In this document: positions 1 through 11,586 of the stretch, piece after piece
Layout of the letters: each line of letters opens with the position of its first letter
Numbering within the stretch: position 1 is the stretch's first letter
DNA from: an uncultured cyanobacterium
GTDB taxonomy: Bacteria > Cyanobacteriota > Cyanobacteriia > Cyanobacteriales > Cyanobacteriaceae
Direction: 5' to 3'
DNA length: 64,000 nucleotides
Assembly: GCA_963710605.1 (NCBI GenBank)
Contig: CAVQBA010000007.1
Span: 128,001 to 192,000 of the forward strand
Program-made: the position numbers and the translations under genes
The notes under the pieces: model-generated
Databases searched by the model: none
Told to the model about the DNA's origin: nothing
What the model saw: only the letters and a program-made list of their open reading frames with translations

Positions 1-358
1 TAAAGTTACGGCGAAAAGTCTTTCTCTTTAAATCTCAAAAAGAAACACTACTTAAAATAAGCGATCGTTTTTGGTCAATATGTAACCGTTTGATTTTTTT
101 AACCTGAGTTATATTATTGACTGAATATTGATCAGTATCAGAAAACTACTTTTGAGAGATAAATATATTTAAGGGCAAATTTAGACAATGAAGATAGGCG
201 GATACTTTTATCTTTTCTCTGATTTTCGACTTGATTAATACTTATTTTTTCTTAGTTTTCTCAAAGTTTTATTCGTTAATTAGATATATTCTGAATCTCG
301 ATCGACATTTGGTTAAAATAGAAAACTGAATCAAACAAAAGTAAGTCTGAGAAATCCC

Positions 359-2974
359 ATGCAATCCCCTTATCAACCCAGTGACATTGAATCGAAGTGG
401 CAAAAACAATGGTCAGACACTGGATTATATGATACAGAAGAAAATAAAGAAAAACCGAAATATTATGCCCTTTCCATGTTTCCCTACCCTTCAGGAAAAT
501 TACACATGGGACACGTTCGTAACTACGTAATCACTGATGTTATTGCTCGTTTCAAAAGAATGCAAGGACATCGTGTTTTACATCCTATGGGATGGGATGC
601 TTTTGGTTTACCCGCAGAAAACGCCGCTATAGATAGAGGAATACCTCCTGCTGAATGGACGTATCAAAATATTGCTCAGATGAGAGAGCAACTCAAAGAA
701 TTAGGATTATCGATCGATTGGAGTAAAGAAGTTGCTACTTGTTCGCCTGATTATTATAAATGGACGCAATGGCTCTTTTTACAATTTGTGGACGCAGGAC
801 TAGCATACCAGAAAGAAGCCGCCGTAAATTGGGACCCCGTCGATCAAACCGTACTGGCTAACGAACAAGTAGATGGTGATGGTTACTCATGGCGAAGCGG
901 AGCGAAAGTAGAAAGAAAACTATTAAAACAATGGTTTTTCAAAATTACCGACTATGCCGAACAACTATTACAAGACTTAGACAAACTAGATGGATGGCCA
1001 GAAAGAGTCAAAACCATGCAGGAAAACTGGATCGGTAAATCTGTTGGTGCTTATCTGGAATTTCCTGTCGTTGGTAGCGATGAAAAAATTGCTGTTTTTA
1101 CCACTCGCCCCGATACTGCCTATGGTGTCACCTATGTCGTACTCGCACCCGAACATCCTTTAACCTCCGTTATCACCACTGACGAATACAAGGAAAAAGT
1201 AGCTAACTTTATTACCGAAGTAAGCGAAGAAAGCGAAATGGAGCGTACTGCCGATGATAAACCAAAAAAAGGTACATTGACAGGAGGCAAAGCCATCAAT
1301 CCTTTTACAGGAGACGAAATACCTATTTTAATTGCTAACTATGTCTTGTACGAATACGGTACGGGGGCAGTTATGGGTGTACCCGCTCACGATACCAGAG
1401 ACTTTAAATTTGCCAAGGAAAACAATTTACCCATCAAAGTAGTCATCTCTCCCGATGATGGTGACGACGGCGAAAATGGCAAGATTGAATTACAAGAAGC
1501 CTATACCGAAGCAGGGACAACGATCGATTCTGGTAAATTTACAGGGATGAATTCAGTAGAAGCAAAAGAAGCCATTATTGCTTACGCCGAAGAGCAAGGT
1601 TACGGTAAAAAACATATTCAATATCGTCTGCGAGACTGGTTGATTTCTCGTCAGCGTTATTGGGGTTGTCCGATTCCCATTATTCATTGTGATGATTGTG
1701 GTAGCGTACCCGTACCCGAACAAGATTTACCAGTCAAATTGCCAGAGCAAGTAGAATTTAGTGGTAGAGGTCCTTCTCCTTTAGCTAAGATGGGTGATTG
1801 GGTTGATGTACCTTGTCCTAAATGCGGTAAACCTGCCAAACGAGAAACAGACACGATGGATACCTTTATCGACTCTTCATGGTATTTTTTGCGTTATACC
1901 GATGCTAACAACGAAGGTGAGTCTTTTAACCTTGAATCCGTGAATGATTGGATGGGGGTTGACCAGTATGTAGGTGGTATTGAACACGCTATCTTACATT
2001 TACTTTATTCTCGTTTCTTTACCAAGGTAGTGAGAGATAGAGGTTTAGTTAATTGTGACGAGCCTTTTAATCGTCTTTTGACTCAAGGTATGGTACAAGG
2101 TTTAACTTACAAAAATCCTGAAACTGATAAATTTGTTTTAGCTGAAAACGTTGAATCTCTAGAAGAGGAAAACGAAAAAGGCGAGATGGTGACAACTTAT
2201 TACGACAAGCAAAACAAAGCTAAATTGTCTTTAGTGTATGAAAAGATGTCTAAGTCTAAATTTAATGGAGTTGACCCTAAAGACGTTTTAAGCGATTATG
2301 GTGCTGATACTGCCAGAATGTTTATTTTGTTTAAAGCACCACCAGAAAAAGATTTGGAATGGCAAGAGGCGGATGTTGAAGGGCAATATCGTTTCTTGAA
2401 TCGTGTTTGGTTGTTGGTGAATGAATTTATTGATAACACCGAGAGTGCGAAGGAGAAAACTTGTGAGAAGGATAAATTAACTAAAGATGAAAAAGACTTA
2501 AGAAGGGCGATTCATACCGCAATCAAAGAGATAACCGAAGATTTAAATGGTGATTATCAATTTAATACGGCAATCTCTGAGTTGATGAAACTTAATAATG
2601 CTTTACGGGAAACAAAGGCAAAAACTTCTGCTGTTTATCGTGAAGGTGTAGAAACTTTACTTGTCTTGTTAGCACCTTTTTCCCCTCATCTAACTGAGGA
2701 GTTGTGGCAAATGTTGGGTAATAGTGATTCTATTCATACTCAAGATTGGTTGACTTTAGATGAATCTGCTTTAGTGGTGGATGAGATTACTTTGGTGATT
2801 CAGATTATGGGTAAAACTAGAGGTACTATTTCTGTACCCGCTTCTTCGAGTAAGGATGAGTTAGAAAAATACGCTCGTGAATCGGAGATTGCTCAAAAAT
2901 ATATTGCAGATAAGGAAGTGAAGAAGGTGATTGTTGTACCTAATAAGTTAGTTAATTTTGTTGTGCCGAAATAA
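359..2974 (+). CDS. leuS: leucine--tRNA ligase
   Basis: 871 aa; [13 protein letters not shown] (HIGH), KMSKS and [11 protein letters not shown] motifs. Confidence 0.98.
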   Translation: MQSPYQPSDIESKWQKQWSDTGLYDTEENKEKPKYYALSMFPYPSGKLHMGHVRNYVITDVIARFKRMQGHRVLHPMGWDAFGLPAENAAIDRGIPPAEWTYQNIAQMREQLKELGLSIDWSKEVATCSPDYYKWTQWLFLQFVDAGLAYQKEAAVNWDPVDQTVLANEQVDGDGYSWRSGAKVERKLLKQWFFKITDYAEQLLQDLDKLDGWPERVKTMQENWIGKSVGAYLEFPVVGSDEKIAVFTTRPDTAYGVTYVVLAPEHPLTSVITTDEYKEKVANFITEVSEESEMERTADDKPKKGTLTGGKAINPFTGDEIPILIANYVLYEYGTGAVMGVPAHDTRDFKFAKENNLPIKVVISPDDGDDGENGKIELQEAYTEAGTTIDSGKFTGMNSVEAKEAIIAYAEEQGYGKKHIQYRLRDWLISRQRYWGCPIPIIHCDDCGSVPVPEQDLPVKLPEQVEFSGRGPSPLAKMGDWVDVPCPKCGKPAKRETDTMDTFIDSSWYFLRYTDANNEGESFNLESVNDWMGVDQYVGGIEHAILHLLYSRFFTKVVRDRGLVNCDEPFNRLLTQGMVQGLTYKNPETDKFVLAENVESLEEENEKGEMVTTYYDKQNKAKLSLVYEKMSKSKFNGVDPKDVLSDYGADTARMFILFKAPPEKDLEWQEADVEGQYRFLNRVWLLVNEFIDNTESAKEKTCEKDKLTKDEKDLRRAIHTAIKEITEDLNGDYQFNTAISELMKLNNALRETKAKTSAVYREGVETLLVLLAPFSPHLTEELWQMLGNSDSIHTQDWLTLDESALVVDEITLVIQIMGKTRGTISVPASSSKDELEKYARESEIAQKYIADKEVKKVIVVPNKLVNFVVPK

Positions 2975-2986
2975 AAAATAAGGTGT

Positions 2987-3039
2987 GCCTTGAATTCAGT
3001 CATTCAAGGCTAATAAAATTCGTTTAATAAATTAAACTT
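2987..3039. repeat. hairpin-plus-tail dispersed repeat (copy 1); may also act as the leuS terminator
   Basis: GCCTTGAA..TTCAAGGC hairpin followed by TAATA-N5-CGTTTAATAAATTAAACTT; same tail at 26109-26158. Confidence 0.6.
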
Positions 3040-3399
3040 GAAAATCGATCGTTTTAATATTATTTGTGTATCAGACAAACATTTAAAACAAAATTAGCAT
3101 TGTAATTTGAAATAATCATGAAAAAGTTTTTGATTACTGTGGTTTTTTTGGTCACTATTGATATTTTTATTTTTTTGTATAAATTATGCTCAACCATTAC
3201 CAATACAAAAACAAGAAATAGTTAAAATACAGATATTTGAAAAGTTTGAAATCAAATATAAAAAACGTAAAAATTATTTAATTGATAAGAGTTAAAAAAT
3301 ACGTAAGATTATCAGATTTAAAACTTCATAATTTAATTGTGCTAAACCTATAGTAAACACTTACTATAAAAATAGGTAATATAATACTCACAAAAATAG

Positions 3400-4746
3400 A
3401 TGAATCAAAATACTATCTCGACAGACAAAATTATCAGTGCGTCTTTACTTCGGTTAAGAATGAAGTCACCATTTTTTGCTACCTTAGCTTTATTTGCTCG
3501 TTTTATTCCTACTACTTCAACTCCTACCGCCGCTACAGATGGGAAGGATATATTTTTTAATCCAGATTTTTTGCTGTCTTTACCTTCAGCACAACAAGAT
3601 GGTTTGTTTTTACATGAAGTTTTACACGCGGCTTTGCTTCATGTTTTACGTCGAGGTGTCAGAAACCCACAATTATGGAATATTGCCGCTGATATAGTCG
3701 TTAATGGTACTATTTCTGCTCAAGGTTGTTTTGAGTTACCTGCTAATGCGATTCGAGATCAGAAATTAGAACATTTAAGTGTCGAAGAAATTTATGAGTT
3801 GTTATTGCAAGAAGAAAAATGTAGTCATGATTTAATCATGCCCGATTTGTTAGATAATCCTCCTTCTGGTGGCGAGGGCGATGGTAGTAATAATTATCAA
3901 AATCTACCTGATGATGTCAAAAATGATAATAATCAAGGAGAAGAAGATAGTAATAATCAACAATCAAAAGGTGACGATAGCCAAGGCAAAGGAAAAGGGC
4001 AAGATTCTGACGGAGAAGACACTCAAGGAAAAGGGCAAAATTCTGACGGAGAAGATACTCAAACAAAAACAACTAACAATACAGATAGTTTATCCGAGGC
4101 AAAAAAAGCTCAGTTAGAATCTCATTGGCAAAATGCACTACAACAGGCGACAGTTATCGCCCGTACAACGAATCAAGGAAATTTACCCGCAGGAATGGCA
4201 AGAGAGTTAGGAGTATTAAATCAAGCCCAGTTAGATTGGCGTAGTTATTTGTGGCGGTATTTAGTCAAAACACCCACGGATTTTACTAATTTCGATCGTC
4301 GTTTTGTGGGTCGTGGTTTATATTTAGAGACATTAGAGGGTGAATCGGTAAAAGTATATGTAGCGATCGATACTAGTGGCTCGATCGATAATCAGCAGTT
4401 AAAAATGTTTCTTAGTGAAGTTAATGGTATTCTTAATTCTTATCCTCATTTAGAATGTGAATTATATTATGCTGATGCTGATGTATATGGTCCTTATGAA
4501 GTAGATGCGAATAGTGATATACCACAACCAGAAGGTGGTGGAGGTACTTCTTTTATTCCCTTTTTCGATCGGGTTAGTAACAGTTGGGATGGTATGACAA
4601 CAGGAGTTTGTGTTTATCTCACTGATGGTTACGGCTCGTTTCCCGATACTTTACCTGAATTACCTGTGTTGTGGGTGGTGACACCAGGGGGTTTAGATTT
4701 ATCGCAGTTTCCTTTTGGGGAAGCGGTGAGATTGTTGTCAATTTAA
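3400..4746 (+). CDS. DUF2201-type putative metallopeptidase with C-terminal VWA-like domain
   Basis: TAATDG, HEVLH (HExxH), WNIAAD, acidic linker, AIDTSGS (MIDAS), GGGGT, YLTDGYG. Confidence 0.88.
   Translation: MNQNTISTDKIISASLLRLRMKSPFFATLALFARFIPTTSTPTAATDGKDIFFNPDFLLSLPSAQQDGLFLHEVLHAALLHVLRRGVRNPQLWNIAADIVVNGTISAQGCFELPANAIRDQKLEHLSVEEIYELLLQEEKCSHDLIMPDLLDNPPSGGEGDGSNNYQNLPDDVKNDNNQGEEDSNNQQSKGDDSQGKGKGQDSDGEDTQGKGQNSDGEDTQTKTTNNTDSLSEAKKAQLESHWQNALQQATVIARTTNQGNLPAGMARELGVLNQAQLDWRSYLWRYLVKTPTDFTNFDRRFVGRGLYLETLEGESVKVYVAIDTSGSIDNQQLKMFLSEVNGILNSYPHLECELYYADADVYGPYEVDANSDIPQPEGGGGTSFIPFFDRVSNSWDGMTTGVCVYLTDGYGSFPDTLPELPVLWVVTPGGLDLSQFPFGEAVRLLSI
3989..4060 (+). repeat. 2 x 36-bp in-frame tandem repeat in the linker
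   Basis: AAGGAAAAGGGCAA(G/A)ATTCTGACGGAGAAGA(C/T)ACTC twice; encodes GKGQ(D/N)SDGEDTQ. Confidence 0.9.
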
Positions 4747-4917
4747 TTAATGTTGTAATTTGTGATTATGTTGAATTGTAATTATGATAATTATGAGTCG
4801 AAAAAAAGTATTCAAATATTACAAAACAAAAATAATTTGATGTTCAATCGATGATAAATAGCTACACAAAATTTTGTTTATATTAAGAAAAAATAGCATC
4901 GTGATTGGGATAATAAA

Positions 4918-6273
4918 ATGAATATAGAACAACAAAGAATTGAAGCACAAAACGATAATACTACTGCAAACAGATTAGTTGAGTTAGCGAAAAATCAAGA
5001 TTATCTTACCCGTCGATATGTTACTTCTAACCCTAATACTCCTAAACAAACATTATTTAATTTAGGTGTTTTATTTCCTAGAGAATTAATCAATAATCCT
5101 ATTTTTGATTTGTTTATTTTAGAAGATATTAATTTTGTTGAGAATATGCCATTACCTACTTTAATCGCTATTTTGCGTCAACAGGATGTACCAGACTTTG
5201 TTTATCAAGGAGCAACTAATCGTGCTGAATTAGAAACTCAATTATTATTAGCTAATAAAACAGATACCTCTCAAGATACTTTAGAAAAACTAACTAAAAG
5301 TAAGTATTGTGAAGTTAGACAAGTTGCAAATCTCCATATTAATTTGGCAGGAGAATTAGAAGATGAATATGAAGAAAAAGGACAAAAATCAATTAGAAAA
5401 TTGTTTAATTGTTTAAAACATTCTCATTTAAAAGTACAAAAATTGCAATTGTTATGTGAAATAGTTTTGTTACCAGATTTTATCGTTGAATATTTAATCT
5501 ATAACGGTTATTATTCTATTTTGATCAATATGGCTAAATGTATTCATTCTTTACCGACAGTTTTTGAACAAATAGCGACATATAATAAGTATCAAAAAAA
5601 ATTTAAGTTAACTAAACAAAACTTTAATTTAATCAGAAGAAATTTAGCTGAAAATCCGCACCTTTCTACAGATACTTTTTATCTCTTAATGAAAGAAAAT
5701 AAAGATAGTGTTGTTACTAAAAATTTGGCTGAAAATCCTCGTACTCCAGTAGATATTTTAAAAAAATTAGCTAAAAGTCAAAATAAATGGGTTCGTTATC
5801 GGGTGGCTAACAATCCTAATACCTCAATCACGGTGTTAGAAGATTTAACAAAAGATAAAATGTCTCTAACTGCCAAATCTGCTCAAAAAAATATTCTTAG
5901 TCAAACAAATAATAAAAGTACTTTATTGTCTGATAATTATGAATTAAAAAACTCATCTCAATTTTCATGGCAGAATTTTAAAGAAATTATAAGTCAAGAT
6001 ACTTATTTATTTAAAAATGATCACGATCGTTTAGCCGAAGTATTAAATTACTATATTCTATCTAAATGTCCGTTGACTCGTTATGTTGTCTTATCACAAC
6101 CTCAGCTATCTCAAGAAAGACTAACAGAAGCTACTTTTTCTGTATGTTGGAGCGATCGATTTGCTGTCAGTCAAAATCCTAACACTCCTTTGGATGTCTT
6201 AAAAAAATTAGCCCAAGACAGCAATCAATTAGTACGTGCAGGGGCTAAAAATAATTCTAGTTTTAGTCAATAA
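4918..6273 (+). CDS. leucine-rich-repeat-variant (LRV/HEAT-like) protein
   Basis: Repeated A.NP.TP...L..LA.D units. Confidence 0.8.
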   Translation: MNIEQQRIEAQNDNTTANRLVELAKNQDYLTRRYVTSNPNTPKQTLFNLGVLFPRELINNPIFDLFILEDINFVENMPLPTLIAILRQQDVPDFVYQGATNRAELETQLLLANKTDTSQDTLEKLTKSKYCEVRQVANLHINLAGELEDEYEEKGQKSIRKLFNCLKHSHLKVQKLQLLCEIVLLPDFIVEYLIYNGYYSILINMAKCIHSLPTVFEQIATYNKYQKKFKLTKQNFNLIRRNLAENPHLSTDTFYLLMKENKDSVVTKNLAENPRTPVDILKKLAKSQNKWVRYRVANNPNTSITVLEDLTKDKMSLTAKSAQKNILSQTNNKSTLLSDNYELKNSSQFSWQNFKEIISQDTYLFKNDHDRLAEVLNYYILSKCPLTRYVVLSQPQLSQERLTEATFSVCWSDRFAVSQNPNTPLDVLKKLAQDSNQLVRAGAKNNSSFSQ

Positions 6274-6373
6274 AACCTAATCTATATCAGTGATATGAAA
6301 TAATAAAATAAAGTAATCAAACTCGAATCTATCAAATAGATTGATTTACTCATTTATTAGTTAATTTTAGAAG

Positions 6374-6937
6374 TTAATCGATCGTTATTTCTAACCCTAA
6401 TAACATATCCTCCCCAGACAAAACCACAGGCATATTAACTACTTCTACTTCTTGCTTAGGGCGATAGATTTCGACTTGTTTTTGATGAGGATTAATTAAC
6501 CAGCCTAACTGTAACCCTGAATCTAAATACTCTTGCATCTTTTCTTGTAATGGTTTGAGTCGATCGCTTTTTGATCTTAATTCAATGACAAAATCAGGAC
6601 AAATGGGCGGAAAACCTTCTTTTTGGGCTTGAGTAAGATTATTCCATTTTTGGGCAGATACCCATGCTACATCAGGAAACCTGTCGCCACCGTTTGGTAA
6701 ACTAAAAATAGCGGAAGAACTAAAAACAAATCCTAATCGACTTTGATTATTCCATAAACTAACTTGAAATATTAAATTAGCTTCTTCTCTACCACTTTCT
6801 CCACCAACTGGCGACATAATAATTAATTTCCCCTCGGGGTTTCTTTCTATTTGTAAATCTGGATTTTTCAAGCAAAGTTGATAAAATTGTTCTCTACTTA
6901 AAGAGGTAATTGGTTCAAGGTTTATTACTGTTTGCAT
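6374..6937 (-). CDS. Uma2 family (DUF820) putative endonuclease
   Basis: PDVAWV, CPDFVIELRS and LGWLINP motifs. Confidence 0.93.
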   Translation of the reverse strand: MQTVINLEPITSLSREQFYQLCLKNPDLQIERNPEGKLIIMSPVGGESGREEANLIFQVSLWNNQSRLGFVFSSSAIFSLPNGGDRFPDVAWVSAQKWNNLTQAQKEGFPPICPDFVIELRSKSDRLKPLQEKMQEYLDSGLQLGWLINPHQKQVEIYRPKQEVEVVNMPVVLSGEDMLLGLEITID

Positions 6938-7093
6938 CTTTAATTTACCTCCATGATTTGATTTTTCTATTTTACATCTGATTTTAAGTGTAATTGTTGA
7001 AGTTCGATCGAGTTTGTATTATATGAGTTAATACGATCGAACTTTATTTACAATAGATCAAAAATCTGGGTTATTTTTTCTTCAAGATAAATA

Positions 7094-7834
7094 ATGGATA
7101 TCAGACAAAAAAAGCAATTAGCGATCGCAGAAGATACACCTGCTGATACTTTAGAACAATTAAGTAAAGATATAGATGAGGAGATACTAAAATTAGTAGC
7201 TCGTAATCCCAACACAGATATCAAGATTTTAGAAAAATTAAGTTACAAATTTCCTGAAGCAGTAATTGGAAATCCGATTTTTGATTTATTGATTTTAGAG
7301 AATACTGATAGTTATCTTGTCAAATCAACTTTAGCTAGAAGCTCAACTACACCACAACCAGTATTAAAGAAACTCGCAAACGATCGAGATTCTTCTATTC
7401 GTCGCATCGTCGCAGAAAATAGGCAAACTAACGTAGAATTATTATGGCTACTAACTAAAGACGTTGATAGTGGCGTTCGTCGAGGAGTGGCAAGTAATAC
7501 AAATTTACCTCTAGAGATATTTTTATATTTAGCTAAAGACAAAGATATTAGTATTCGTGAAGCTGTCGCCCAAAATTCTCATACACCAACTGATATTCTT
7601 GAAAGTTTAGCCCGAAATCAACACACTCGTATTCGTCTGGCGATTGCGAATAATCACGATACTCCTTTAGAATTACTGAACAAATTAGCTAAAGATAAAT
7701 CTCATGAAGTATGTTTGGCTGTGATTCGCAATCCGCAAACATTATTAATCGGTAGAAAGATTTTAAAAAGACTAACTAGAAACAAAAATAGAGAGATAGC
7801 AAGGGCGGCACAAGAGGTTTTAAATATAGCTTGA
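7094..7834 (+). CDS. LRV/HEAT-like repeat protein
   Basis: ~24-aa repeats (VARNPNT, VAENRQT, VAQNSHTP, IANNHDTP). Confidence 0.82.
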   Translation: MDIRQKKQLAIAEDTPADTLEQLSKDIDEEILKLVARNPNTDIKILEKLSYKFPEAVIGNPIFDLLILENTDSYLVKSTLARSSTTPQPVLKKLANDRDSSIRRIVAENRQTNVELLWLLTKDVDSGVRRGVASNTNLPLEIFLYLAKDKDISIREAVAQNSHTPTDILESLARNQHTRIRLAIANNHDTPLELLNKLAKDKSHEVCLAVIRNPQTLLIGRKILKRLTRNKNREIARAAQEVLNIA

Positions 7835-7890
7835 TTTTCGATCGATGAAACTATATTTTTAAATCTGTGCGTCTAATTAATTAAAGATAT

Positions 7891-7998
7891 TATAGCAATT
7901 ATTAGTATGATGAAGTACATCTCGATCCCCCTAAATCCCCCTTATAAAGGGGGACTTGCAAATAATTAATGTACCTCATAATGATGGTAAACGCTATA
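7891..7998. mobile_element. MITE-like element, TATAGC-N14-TGA(A/G)GTAC ends, internal GC hairpin
   Basis: Left end TATAGCaattattagtatgaTGAAGTAC; right end (reverse complement) TATAGCgtttaccatcattaTGAGGTAC; internal CCCCCTAAATCCCCCTTATAAAGGGGGACTT. Confidence 0.7.
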
Positions 7999-8149
7999 TA
8001 GTTTTACTATATAGACGATCGTATTTTACTCCAACGGTTGAAAACTCCTCAGTCAAAGTATTTTCAACTAATGTTTGATGATTATTCCTCTCCTCAAAAT
8101 AAAAAATCATCGCTTTAACTCAAGAAAAATTAACTTTTTTTGATACACC

Positions 8150-8655
8150 TGAATTAAATTAAACCCTAGTTAGATTAAAAATAGAAATTGGGTGTTTGGT
8201 ACCAGAAATAGCGGTTAAAGCTGGTATAATTTAATAAATCACGAAGATACTCCTAATAAGTAAGACAGATTAAACAAAAAGGTAATAGAAGCCTAATTAA
8301 TACCGACTTATATAGCAGGAGTAGTCAAGGGAAAAATACCTAAAAATGTCTTTTTAAGAGGCATATTTACTTATTTAAGAAGTAAAAAGGAAAATGTTCC
8401 TATCGTAATATGTATTTTAAAAGTGGAGACTTAATGGAAATTGACCAGATAAAATCTAAAATATTAGATGGTGAAAATAACATTAAGAATAGACAATTAC
8501 TCCACAAACGTTGTCACGACGAGCAGATTGTTAAATACAGCAGTTTGCATTGTCTCCATGACTAGGGTTCTAATCAAAAAGAGTATGGTGAAAGAAAACT
8601 TTCATACCACGTTCTGAAGACAAGTCTAGATAGCGATATCTTAGCTTGGTTTGAC
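8150..8655 (+). pseudogene. degenerate group II intron 3' remnant (maturase domain X/HNH fragments plus domains V-VI)
   Basis: Broken frames give NRNWVFG, KGKC..F.SGDLMEID and N.QLLHK.CHD; followed by GAGtatggTGAAAGAAAACTTTCAtaccacGTTCTGAAGAC...GCGAT..AGCTTGGTTTGAC, resembling DV/DVI. Confidence 0.75.
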
Positions 8656-8692
8656 CCCAATTATAACCGCTCAACTTTAATTAGGAAAAATA

Positions 8693-9613
8693 TTGATGCC
8701 TAAAATCGGCGTAATCTACAATGATATTAAGCCTATTGCTTGTCAGGTAGCTAAAGACTTGCAAATAGAATTAGAACAAAAAGGTTATCAGGTTGTGTTA
8801 GGTACGGGTATGGCAGGTATTTTAGGCTATTCTCGTGGCGATCGTCCTGTTTGTTTTACAGCGATCGATCAAATTGCGACTTTTGGATTCGATGCCGAAA
8901 TGGAGTGTGCGATCGTATTAGGTGGTGACGGTACTGTTTTGTCCGCCGCTAGGCAAGTTGCCCCTTATAATATCCCTCTTTTATCTATCAACACAGGACA
9001 TTTAGGTTTTCTGACTGAATTATATCTTAATCAATTATCTACAGGAATCGAAGCTTTACTTGCTCAAGATTATCAAATCGAAAATCGTTCTTTGATGAGA
9101 GTACAAGTATATCGTGATCAATCTTTGTTATGGGAAGCATTATGTTTGAATGAAGCTGTAATTCATAGAGAACCATTAACCAGTATGTGTCACTTTGAAA
9201 TTACAATAGGTAATCATGCTTCTGTAGATATAGCCGCAGATGGTGTGATTTTATCGACTCCGACAGGTTCAACTGCTTATTCTTTGAGTGCGGGAGGTCC
9301 CGTTGTTACCCCCGATGTGCCTGTGTTTCAATTAGCCCCTATTTGCCCTCATTCTCTTTCATCTCGGGCATTAGTTTTTAGTGATAAGGAATCGGTAGTT
9401 ATTAATCCTGCTACTCGTAATCAAATGGTGTTGATTGTTGATGGTAATGCAGGTTGTTATATTTTACCTGATGATAAAATTATGATCAAACGATCGCCAC
9501 ATGATGCTCAGTTTATCCGTTTACAATCACCTGAATTTTTCCGTTTACTACGAGAAAAACTAGGCTGGGGATTACCTCATACTGCTAAACCCACTTCGGT
9601 TGAATTACCATAG
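8693..9613 (+). CDS. nadK: NAD(+) kinase
   Basis: LGGDGT, GHLGFL, LNE and [15 protein letters not shown] motifs. Confidence 0.96.
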   Translation: MMPKIGVIYNDIKPIACQVAKDLQIELEQKGYQVVLGTGMAGILGYSRGDRPVCFTAIDQIATFGFDAEMECAIVLGGDGTVLSAARQVAPYNIPLLSINTGHLGFLTELYLNQLSTGIEALLAQDYQIENRSLMRVQVYRDQSLLWEALCLNEAVIHREPLTSMCHFEITIGNHASVDIAADGVILSTPTGSTAYSLSAGGPVVTPDVPVFQLAPICPHSLSSRALVFSDKESVVINPATRNQMVLIVDGNAGCYILPDDKIMIKRSPHDAQFIRLQSPEFFRLLREKLGWGLPHTAKPTSVELP

Positions 9614-9855
9614 ATTAGAATATTAGTTTTTCAGTAAAAAAAAGCTGAGTCAATATCACCTCTAATTTTTTCAAATCAAGTTAAAATTCTGATGGTGATC
9701 TATTTCAATTTTAGTTGAGATAAAATGTTTAGTAGAAAGAGTTGTCAAATAATCGTTAAAATATACAGATATTTTGTCACAATCACTGATATAATCACAA
9801 AAATTATTGCTATTTTTTGTCCCTGATTTTTCTTTTAAAAATAAACTAACTAAGA

Positions 9856-11541
9856 ATGACGATCGCTAACTCTAATAAAACTAATATCAGTCTAATTTTG
9901 TTAGATGAAGATCCTATTTTTACACTAGGATTAAAAGAGATTTGTAAGAGCGAAGAATATACCGATGTTAATATCACCGCTACAGGTAAAGTCAAAGATA
10001 TATACAGCTTAATTAAACGATATCAAGTTGATTTATGGGTTGTTGCTTTAGACTTCGATCGATTTTCTACTTTAGCCAACAAATTTATTAATTCAATACC
10101 TAAACTAACTCAAGAATATCCACAGCTAAATTTAGTGATTATTGTTAATCCTGAAAGTTTTGTCAATGATTTTCAACAGATAACGATGATTAAAGGATGT
10201 TGTTATAAATATACTGATATTGATGAATTAATTAATACATTTAGAGTTTGTGCTAGAGGAGAAATTTATTTTAGTACCTCAAATATCTCAACATCTAAAA
10301 ATCGCCGTTTTAATACTTGGTTTTGTAATCAATGTAATATCGGCATCAACCAAATTAGTAATCAGATAAACGAACTAAATAGTTACACTAAAAGCCAGCA
10401 ATTAGCCACGATCGATTTAATTTATTGGCAAGGAAGAAAAAGAGAATTAAAACTAACAAAATGGTTAATAGAAAAAGCGTTACCCAAAAATAGATTAAAT
10501 TTACCAGAAGACTTATCTAACAACTCTATATCATTACAAAAACAACCTTCAGAAGCAGAAAAATTAGTCAATACTGATACTGATAATAGTCAGATAATTT
10601 TAAGCGATCAACCATTTAGTACCTATAATTTTGCTTTAGCAAAAATAAATAATTCTTTAATAAATTTGACAGGTAAAATCCAAGAAACTGATATTTTAAA
10701 ACCGACGAAAAAAAAAGAATTATTTATCACGATTTTGCAACAATGGTATCAGCTAATTGCCGAGCTTAAAAATAATAATGTTAGCGATTTAGAATTGATA
10801 AAAAATGTTAATAGTGAAGTATTTATTAAGCAATTATATCAAGATTTACTTAGTCTTTTTTTGGGTAATATAATTGAAGAAAAAGCAGTAATTAAATATC
10901 AACCATCAACGATTTTACCAGAAAATATTAACTTAAATGTTTATGATTTGGAAAAAATATATTTTTGGGAAGAATTGATTTTATATCAGGTATTAGAGAG
11001 AGACTTTTTAGTTGATGATCAAATTTATCAATATGGTTCAGAAGAAGCTCAAGAAATAGAAGCGATAGTCTTAGAAAACTTAATTATTTCGATCGCTAAC
11101 TATATGATGCAATATGTTTTAAATAACTTTTACGATAATCTCAACCTCAAAGATAAATTATTTGAAAAAGAACTAAAATCATCAAGAAAAGTAGCAATGT
11201 TTCGTAACAACCTAGATTGGAAATATCGACAAGAAAAATATTGGCGTAATCCAACTAATATCTTTGAAGACAAATACGAAATGCTAAAATTTACTTATCG
11301 AGGCATGGAAATAATCAAAATTCATCATTCTCGGCATCTAGAATTAAACCAAATACGAGGTATCCCTTGGCTAGTAACAATTTTGATTGAATTACGAGAT
11401 AGCCTTGCTCGTGGAGTGAGAGCCTTTGGAGATACCCTCGGACAAATAATAGTCTATTTGTTAACCGAAGTAATTGGTAGGGGAATTGGACTAATTGGTA
11501 AAGGCATACTTCAGGGTATAGGCAGTAGAATAAAAAATTAG
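9856..11541 (+). CDS. DUF3685 / Ycf55-like protein with degenerate N-terminal receiver domain
   Basis: Receiver-like N-terminus; C-terminal R..FRN.L.W and GRGIGLIGKGILQGIG. Confidence 0.82.
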   Translation: MTIANSNKTNISLILLDEDPIFTLGLKEICKSEEYTDVNITATGKVKDIYSLIKRYQVDLWVVALDFDRFSTLANKFINSIPKLTQEYPQLNLVIIVNPESFVNDFQQITMIKGCCYKYTDIDELINTFRVCARGEIYFSTSNISTSKNRRFNTWFCNQCNIGINQISNQINELNSYTKSQQLATIDLIYWQGRKRELKLTKWLIEKALPKNRLNLPEDLSNNSISLQKQPSEAEKLVNTDTDNSQIILSDQPFSTYNFALAKINNSLINLTGKIQETDILKPTKKKELFITILQQWYQLIAELKNNNVSDLELIKNVNSEVFIKQLYQDLLSLFLGNIIEEKAVIKYQPSTILPENINLNVYDLEKIYFWEELILYQVLERDFLVDDQIYQYGSEEAQEIEAIVLENLIISIANYMMQYVLNNFYDNLNLKDKLFEKELKSSRKVAMFRNNLDWKYRQEKYWRNPTNIFEDKYEMLKFTYRGMEIIKIHHSRHLELNQIRGIPWLVTILIELRDSLARGVRAFGDTLGQIIVYLLTEVIGRGIGLIGKGILQGIGSRIKN

Positions 11542-11586
11542 AGCAATTATTGTTTATATTTAACAAATACTTCAAGGAATTACAGA

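Noticed and set aside
3118-3270. Short ATG-initiated hydrophobic ORF after leuS
   Set aside because: About 21 codons in extremely AT-rich DNA; may be a relic but cannot be supported
6374-6937. Uma2 gene as part of a defence or toxin system
   Set aside because: Uma2 paralogues are abundant in cyanobacteria; no partner gene or flanking repeats seen
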